Below are positions 59,469 to 64,000 of a stretch of DNA of 64,000 nucleotides, piece by piece. The position numbers and the translations under genes are program-made. Below the pieces are notes generated by a model. It saw only the letters and a program-made list of their open reading frames with translations. It had not been told where the DNA came from and searched no databases. Position 1 is the stretch's first letter; the number at the start of each line of letters is the position of its first letter. Location: positions 113,136-177,135 of IMG/VR virus record IMGVR_UViG_3300044846_004119; one strand, given 5' to 3'. This DNA is from a virus.

Positions 59469-59780
59469 ATGGATTATATTATTTCACCTGAACAATTAGA
59501 CAAAGTCATGAAACCTTTTTTTGATAAGGAATTTAAAGATGCTAAGTGGGGTGAACATACATCACCAAGAGATAGTAATGATGTATGGTATGGTTTTATT
59601 AATCAGGACGATGTTCTGTTAGTTGGTCATCCCTCCTTTAATGTTGATAATTACTACACTAATGGTCACCACTTTGAAAACATGTGGCATTATTTTAGTG
59701 TTAACCCTCGACAGTTCAGTCAATCAATTGGTAGATACATTAAGAAAAAATATGGTTGTGAATTTGTCAGTATTTATTAA
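59469..59780 (+). CDS. Acidic paralog-family protein
   Basis: MDYIISPEQL leader; ends YIKKKYGCEFV. Confidence 0.75.
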   Translation: MDYIISPEQLDKVMKPFFDKEFKDAKWGEHTSPRDSNDVWYGFINQDDVLLVGHPSFNVDNYYTNGHHFENMWHYFSVNPRQFSQSIGRYIKKKYGCEFVSIY

Positions 59781-59811
59781 TTAGTTTTAACCCCCCTTCT
59801 TTTCAGGGATA

Positions 59812-60491
59812 TCGACCCCTTCTTTTAATTTAACCCCTATATACTGAAAAAAAATTTCTGGAAAATTTTAGGGGTTTATATAGTATTTATTCATATGAAG
59901 GAATCAAATATCATACCTCATCTTACCAAGTTATTAAAGAATCTTATTTTCAAGGATTTTGATTTGGAATTTAAAATTGCACCTGAGTCTATTTTGTCCT
60001 ATAACGATACTTATGATGATTATCTCATAACGATTTATCTTGACCCTGAGCTTATGTGTATGTCGGGGGATAAGTATATTCCTGAAGCAAATAATTTTTT
60101 ATATGAGTTGGAGGATAATATCCATAGTGTATTACCTTATGTTGGTTTGGCCGATTCAAACGTTATTGTAAAGTTTAAGTTTCTAAATGAGAAAGAATTT
60201 TCAAATAAACTTAGGGGTATGATTAATAGGATTACCCCTGAGTTATATAATAGGATTGAAGACTTACCCAAGTTGTCTAGGATTAAGGTGGGTCAACGTG
60301 GGGATATGGCCGAGTTTAAGGCATCCTTTAAATTTGATGAGTACCCAAAGATGGGTATAGATATAATTAAGTTGTATGAATACATTGGTGAATTACTTCC
60401 AACGTTTGATGATGTATATATGGATTTTGGTGTAGATTAGGAAGTATTCGACTCCTTCTTTTAATTTAACTCCTATATAGTAAAAAAAATT
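59812..60491 (+). repeat. About 44-bp intergenic direct repeat (2 copies)
   Basis: tcgac(c/t)ccttcttttaatttaac(c/t)cctatata(c/g)t(g/a)aaaaaaa at 59812 and 60448. Confidence 0.85.
59895..60440 (+). CDS. Hypothetical two-module protein
   Basis: TATTTAT at 59884; internal LNE junction. Confidence 0.75.
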   Translation: MKESNIIPHLTKLLKNLIFKDFDLEFKIAPESILSYNDTYDDYLITIYLDPELMCMSGDKYIPEANNFLYELEDNIHSVLPYVGLADSNVIVKFKFLNEKEFSNKLRGMINRITPELYNRIEDLPKLSRIKVGQRGDMAEFKASFKFDEYPKMGIDIIKLYEYIGELLPTFDDVYMDFGVD

Positions 60492-60529
60492 CCCACCTCA
60501 TCATTTGGGTTTTTAATATATTTATCAGT

Positions 60530-60991
60530 ATGAAGATTCTAATATCAAAAGAACAATATAGAATATTAGTGTTAAAACTTCTTGAAGGTTTGTTTGGTAA
60601 ACTTAGTATTACAACCGCCGAAGAAAAACAAAGATTAGGCCATGGTGATAGCAATTATCATGATATATTTGACGAAAATGGTGAGGAAATTGCGAATATA
60701 TGGATAAAAGGACAATCTAAAAATAAGGGATGTAAACGAGATTTGACCTTTAGTGTTGAAGCAACAGAACAAATGGAAAATTTCATACCTTATTATAAAC
60801 ATAAAATGTTTTCTAATGTTTTAATTGAATACGTTTATAAGTACACAGGTATTAAATGCGATTGTACTCAGTATGAATACAATTTTAATTATAAAAATAC
60901 GGATGATGATGATACTCCCTCATACTCATATACAAAACCTTACTCTAATACAAAAAAATATAACATAAAAAAGAAAAAGAAGATTAAATAA
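60530..60991 (+). CDS. Leader-tagged paralog-family protein
   Basis: MKILISKEQY leader; YVYKYTGIKC. Confidence 0.75.
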   Translation: MKILISKEQYRILVLKLLEGLFGKLSITTAEEKQRLGHGDSNYHDIFDENGEEIANIWIKGQSKNKGCKRDLTFSVEATEQMENFIPYYKHKMFSNVLIEYVYKYTGIKCDCTQYEYNFNYKNTDDDDTPSYSYTKPYSNTKKYNIKKKKKIK

Positions 60992-61003
60992 TATTTTTAC
61001 CAA

Positions 61004-61279
61004 TCACACCGCATAAATCCATAATTGAGTTATTTGTTCGTCAGTAATATTTTCTGGTGTTATATCATATTCGTCATATTTTTTCATATATGTTATATAT
61101 TCTAATTTCATATCTTTGGATAACGAGTTCCAAAAATTTAATGATTTTTGTCTGTCTTCCATTTCTTCATCATTCATAACTCTAATTATTTTATGTTCTA
61201 ATAATTGTGGCGCAATAATACCTTGATTATATAACCAACTCGCTAACTTAAATTGTAATTTTACTAATAATGTTTTCAT
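61004..61279 (-). CDS. Hypothetical protein
   Basis: 91-aa ORF; ATGA overlap with upstream ORF. Confidence 0.7.
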   Translation of the reverse strand: MKTLLVKLQFKLASWLYNQGIIAPQLLEHKIIRVMNDEEMEDRQKSLNFWNSLSKDMKLEYITYMKKYDEYDITPENITDEQITQLWIYAV

Positions 61280-61620
61280 AAAGATTCTATTTTAATTTTA
61301 TATTTAATAACTTTAATTCCATTGTTTATTTCAATTACAGTATGGTGCTTTTCATTTGTTATAGGGTCTATAACTAATGGAGATATTTGATATTCACCAC
61401 TGCTTTGTTCTCCAATCAATTCATCAATAAAATTGATAAGTTTTTTTGGAACATTGTTACTCTACTGTCTCACTTCCTCCTCATCAATCAGTTGATTAAG
61501 TTCTTTTGTTACCCAATCTAAATTTTCACCATAAGTGTTAAAAGGTTCTTGTTGTAATTCTTGAAGAAGTTTGTTTTTGTTTTGTTCCGATTCTTCTCTT
61601 GTCCATTTTTTATTTTCCAT
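61276..61620 (-). pseudogene. 114-codon ORF interrupted by one in-frame TAG (nonsense or readthrough)
   Basis: TAG at 61462-61464; frame stays open to a TGA that overlaps the next ATG. Confidence 0.6.
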
Positions 61621-61729
61621 AATTTATGTTTTTTTACAAATATACTAATTTATTTTGTTAATATCAACCCACCGTACAAAATTACTGTGTATAACAAATG
61701 ATAAACAACATTAAAACGATTGTTTATCA

Positions 61730-61825
61730 TCAGACGTTTTGTGATGATGTATTACCGCAAGATATTGTGGTAAATAAAATGATAAGAGATAAGATAACTT
61801 TAGTGGATAAGATAATTTTTTTCAT
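61730..61825 (-). CDS. 31-aa micro-lipoprotein candidate
   Basis: MKKIILSTKVILSLIILFTTISCGNTSSQNV; TATATTTG promoter on minus strand at 61840. Confidence 0.45.
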   Translation of the reverse strand: MKKIILSTKVILSLIILFTTISCGNTSSQNV

Positions 61826-61920
61826 ATTGTTTTTTTTACAAATATAGAAAAAAAAATATAACATAAAAAAGAAGATTAAATAATCTTTGGTGTATTAAAA
61901 TCTTTTATTATCTTTGTGGT

Positions 61921-62433
61921 ATGAGAATCGACAATTTTTTAAAGAACCTTACTATTGAAGAACTACTTGAGGTACAATCTAAATCTTCAGGTATAATTCA
62001 CGATTTTAAAGATGGATATTTCTATATCTGTGAGGTACGTTCTTATGGTCGTAATTGGAAAGAGTCGGATATCTACAATACTCATACTCTTCAGGAGTTA
62101 TGTTACCAATATGGTGGTGACGACGGTATTGTTGATGTATATTCCAATAACCCCGACTTGTCTGGTATTGATAACTATGGGGCTCTTAAGTTTATTCCAT
62201 CCGTGGAGGACCATAACAAATGGAAGGAATATATGTATCTTAAGAATTCTATTCCCCGACATGAGGTAGAACTTAAAGTGTGGGAAGAACGTGAAAATGT
62301 TCCATTCAGACAAAGACCGAGTTTCGCTCCGTTCTATAGTCGTGAGGATATTGATGAAATGAAATTAAAGTTGGAAAACTTTGATATGAATTTTGTTGAA
62401 CCAAAATCTTATATTAATAATGCTGAAGAATAA
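61921..62433 (+). CDS. Hypothetical protein
   Basis: TATCTTTG at 61909. Confidence 0.78.
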   Translation: MRIDNFLKNLTIEELLEVQSKSSGIIHDFKDGYFYICEVRSYGRNWKESDIYNTHTLQELCYQYGGDDGIVDVYSNNPDLSGIDNYGALKFIPSVEDHNKWKEYMYLKNSIPRHEVELKVWEERENVPFRQRPSFAPFYSREDIDEMKLKLENFDMNFVEPKSYINNAEE

Positions 62434-62434
62434 G

Positions 62435-62641
62435 ATGAAACAAGAGATGACTGAATTCCTTGACAAGTTATATGCATTATGTTGGGAATATCACATTGAA
62501 ATTAAACCCACACATCCAGTACCTGATGATGAATATCCAACTATATCCATCATAAATGGTGATGAAGTTGTAAAATTATTATATGTTGATGGAGATGGAG
62601 AAAATTACTACAATGAAACCTTTAAAAACTCAGAACAATGA
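62435..62641 (+). CDS. Hypothetical small protein
   Basis: ATG 62435 directly after upstream stop. Confidence 0.65.
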   Translation: MKQEMTEFLDKLYALCWEYHIEIKPTHPVPDDEYPTISIINGDEVVKLLYVDGDGENYYNETFKNSEQ

Positions 62642-62773
62642 GGAGGAAGATACGGATAGTAGTATTGATTTGGGAGTTATTGATGAAGAGGTTTAAACGT
62701 AAAAGAAAAAGTATATGGGACTTATGATTATTTTTTATAATCTGTAAAATAAAATCCTTATAATCTGTAAAGT

Positions 62774-62802
62774 AAGCCCCCTTCTTATGTTGGGGGTTTT
62801 TT
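62774..62802 (+). terminator. Rho-independent terminator
   Basis: GCCCCC..GGGGGT plus T-run. Confidence 0.65.
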
Positions 62803-62993
62803 GTTTTAGGATAATAAATTCATACTTTTGAAGGGGCAGTATAAACCGAACCCGACTTCGTCGGTATTTTTTCGTCCCCCGACCCCTTCGGGGATTTATG
62901 GTAATCTACTTGGTGTCCCTCTTAAAAAAATAATCCCCTCCCCGCCGCGTTTTTTATTTGACTTATTAAATAATTTATTTTATAATTGGTCAT

Positions 62994-63350
62994 ATGAAAA
63001 AATATCTTACATTTAAAAACTTGGGGTGGTTGTTAACCGTCTTGGTTACGTTTATGTTGGGAATGTCTTCGGTTTCTAAAATTGTGGGAACTGAAGAAAT
63101 GGTTAATAACTTCACATTTATGAATCTTCTTCCTTATCTTGCTTTGCTTGGTGTGGTTGAACTTGCTGGTGTGATATTATTTATTATCCCAAAAACGTCT
63201 AAGTATGGGGCCGTATTGCTTTCATCTTATTTATCGGGCGCCGTGGCTATCCACATGGCAATGATGGGTGGGGTTGGAGTAATGGTACCTCTCACTCTAG
63301 GTTTGGCCGTATGGGGGGCATATTATTTGAGAAGTTGTAGTACCAAGTAA
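62994..63350 (+). CDS. DoxX-family membrane protein
   Basis: Four TM segments; SKIVG..LGVVELAGVILFIIPKT..YLSGAVAIH. Confidence 0.85.
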   Translation: MKKYLTFKNLGWLLTVLVTFMLGMSSVSKIVGTEEMVNNFTFMNLLPYLALLGVVELAGVILFIIPKTSKYGAVLLSSYLSGAVAIHMAMMGGVGVMVPLTLGLAVWGAYYLRSCSTK

Positions 63351-63375
63351 TAAAACCATACAATCTAAATTAATT

Positions 63376-63408
63376 CCCCATTCCTTAATAAGAGTGGGGG
63401 TTTTTTTT
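63376..63408 (+). terminator. Rho-independent terminator
   Basis: CCCCA(T)TC..GAGTGGGG plus T-run. Confidence 0.6.
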
Positions 63409-63443
63409 GGATATAGAAGTATTTATTAATAAATTAAAATATT

Positions 63444-63719
63444 ATGGCAAGAATTGTAAGATTAACTGAAAGAGATTTAACAAGAATTGTTAAAAGAGTT
63501 ATTAGCGAAATGGATGACAATGATGATTATGATAGTGATTTTGAAAATAAGTCGCTTAAAGAGTTAATAAAAATTGCTGAAGATTTTCTGTTAAACGAAC
63601 TTGGATTTTCACCAGACGCAATCGATGAAATTGATGAATGGTATATTATTGATGTTTTAAGAGACCACCATTATGATGAATTAGCGTCAGAAATAGAAGA
63701 AAAACTTTATGATTCTTAA
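63444..63719 (+). CDS. RLTERDL-leader small acidic protein
   Basis: MARIVRLTERDLTRIVKRVISE. Confidence 0.8.
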   Translation: MARIVRLTERDLTRIVKRVISEMDDNDDYDSDFENKSLKELIKIAEDFLLNELGFSPDAIDEIDEWYIIDVLRDHHYDELASEIEEKLYDS

Positions 63720-63799
63720 TGAACGATATATACTTAGGAAATGAACGATATATCTTAGGAATAACGAAGTAAGGATATAATACATAAAAAGAATGTTTG

Positions 63800-63824
63800 A
63801 ACCTCTATAGTAATAGAGGTTTTT
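63800..63824 (+). terminator. Rho-independent terminator
   Basis: AACCTCTAT-agta-ATAGAGGTT plus T-run. Confidence 0.7.
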
Positions 63825-63859
63825 GTTTTTGTCGATATTTATTGATAAATTAAAATATT

Positions 63860-64000
63860 ATGGGAAGAATTACAAGATTAACAGAAAGAGATTTAACAAG
63901 ATTGGTTAGACGAGTTATTAAAGAAAATAAAACAAAAAAGAAACCTGTCAATGAAGGGTTAAACGACTATTTAACACTTATCGGAGGAACTTTGGTTTCA
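63860..64000 (+). CDS. RLTERDL-leader protein, truncated by window end
   Basis: MGRITRLTERDLTRLVRRVIKE..VNEGL; frame open to 64000. Confidence 0.75.
   Translation, partial: MGRITRLTERDLTRLVRRVIKENKTKKKPVNEGLNDYLTLIGGTLVS

Larger units (their letters stand above)
63420..63908 (+). repeat. Duplicated promoter-plus-leader cassette (about 73 bp)
   Basis: tatttatt(a/g)ataaattaaaatattATGg.aagaatt..aagattaac.gaaagagatttaacaaga at 63420 and 63836. Confidence 0.9.

Noticed and set aside
118-62313. Many antisense or alternate-frame ORFs in the track (e.g. 118-561, 1400-1780, 2700-3113, 21400-21819, 27047-27361, 39836-40150, 50476-50793)
   Set aside because: They are shadows of well-supported genes, with Ser/Leu/Phe-rich antisense composition and no promoter motif.
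62828-63016. 62-aa ORF
   Set aside because: Non-ATG start, Pro-rich translation of a hairpin region, and overlap with the DoxX start.
63719-63761. Short 21-22 bp tandem repeat atgaacgatatat(a)cttaggaa
   Set aside because: Only two imperfect copies right after a stop; most likely a local slippage duplication.
1-64000. Genome-wide TAG or TGA recoding
   Set aside because: All recognisable enzymes (DnaJ, GSII, RmlB, SmpB, methyltransferases) are full length under the standard code. Only one interrupted ORF was seen.
1-64000. CRISPR array, integrase, transposase or diversity-generating retroelement
   Set aside because: No regularly spaced repeat-spacer array and no reverse transcriptase, recombinase or transposase motifs. 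The repeats found are in-frame or promoter-linked.
1-64000. Bacterial chromosome origin of the window
   Set aside because: Housekeeping genes are isolated rather than in their usual operons (rmlB and rmlC without rmlA/rmlD, dnaJ without dnaK/grpE). Most ORFs are short, phage-type hypothetical proteins.

Overview
Gene-dense, AT-rich segment of a large tailed-phage (jumbo/megaphage-like) genome, most likely infecting a Bacteroidota host. The host call rests on TAnnTTTG promoters, A-rich leaders without Shine-Dalgarno sites, T9SS-type C-terminal domains and an Hc1-like protein. No capsid, terminase, polymerase, rRNA, tRNA or CRISPR array is recognisable here. Host-like genes recognised by motif: DnaJ, thioredoxin, glutaredoxin, glutamine synthetase II, SmpB, RmlB, RmlC, a UDP-sugar dehydrogenase, a GT2 glycosyltransferase, an LpxH-like phosphoesterase, two DNA methyltransferases and a DoxX protein. 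The most striking pattern is a modular system. Dozens of genes sit behind a TATTTAT motif and begin with related leaders (MNLQENIxRI..., MKxIITExQ..., xRLTERDL...). Their domains are joined at [ILVM]-x-E sites resembling T4-type prohead-protease cuts. Identical leader DNA is fused to unrelated enzymes, and one 664-codon gene looks like a six-module polyprotein that includes an ADP-ribosyltransferase-like domain. Other highlights: a degenerate MetK-like protein, two T9SS cargo-like proteins, a repeat-rich, largely non-coding region with a G-quadruplex motif at 56.4-58.8 kb, candidate small RNAs, and an ORF with an in-frame TAG. All family calls are by-eye motif recognition; no searches were run.
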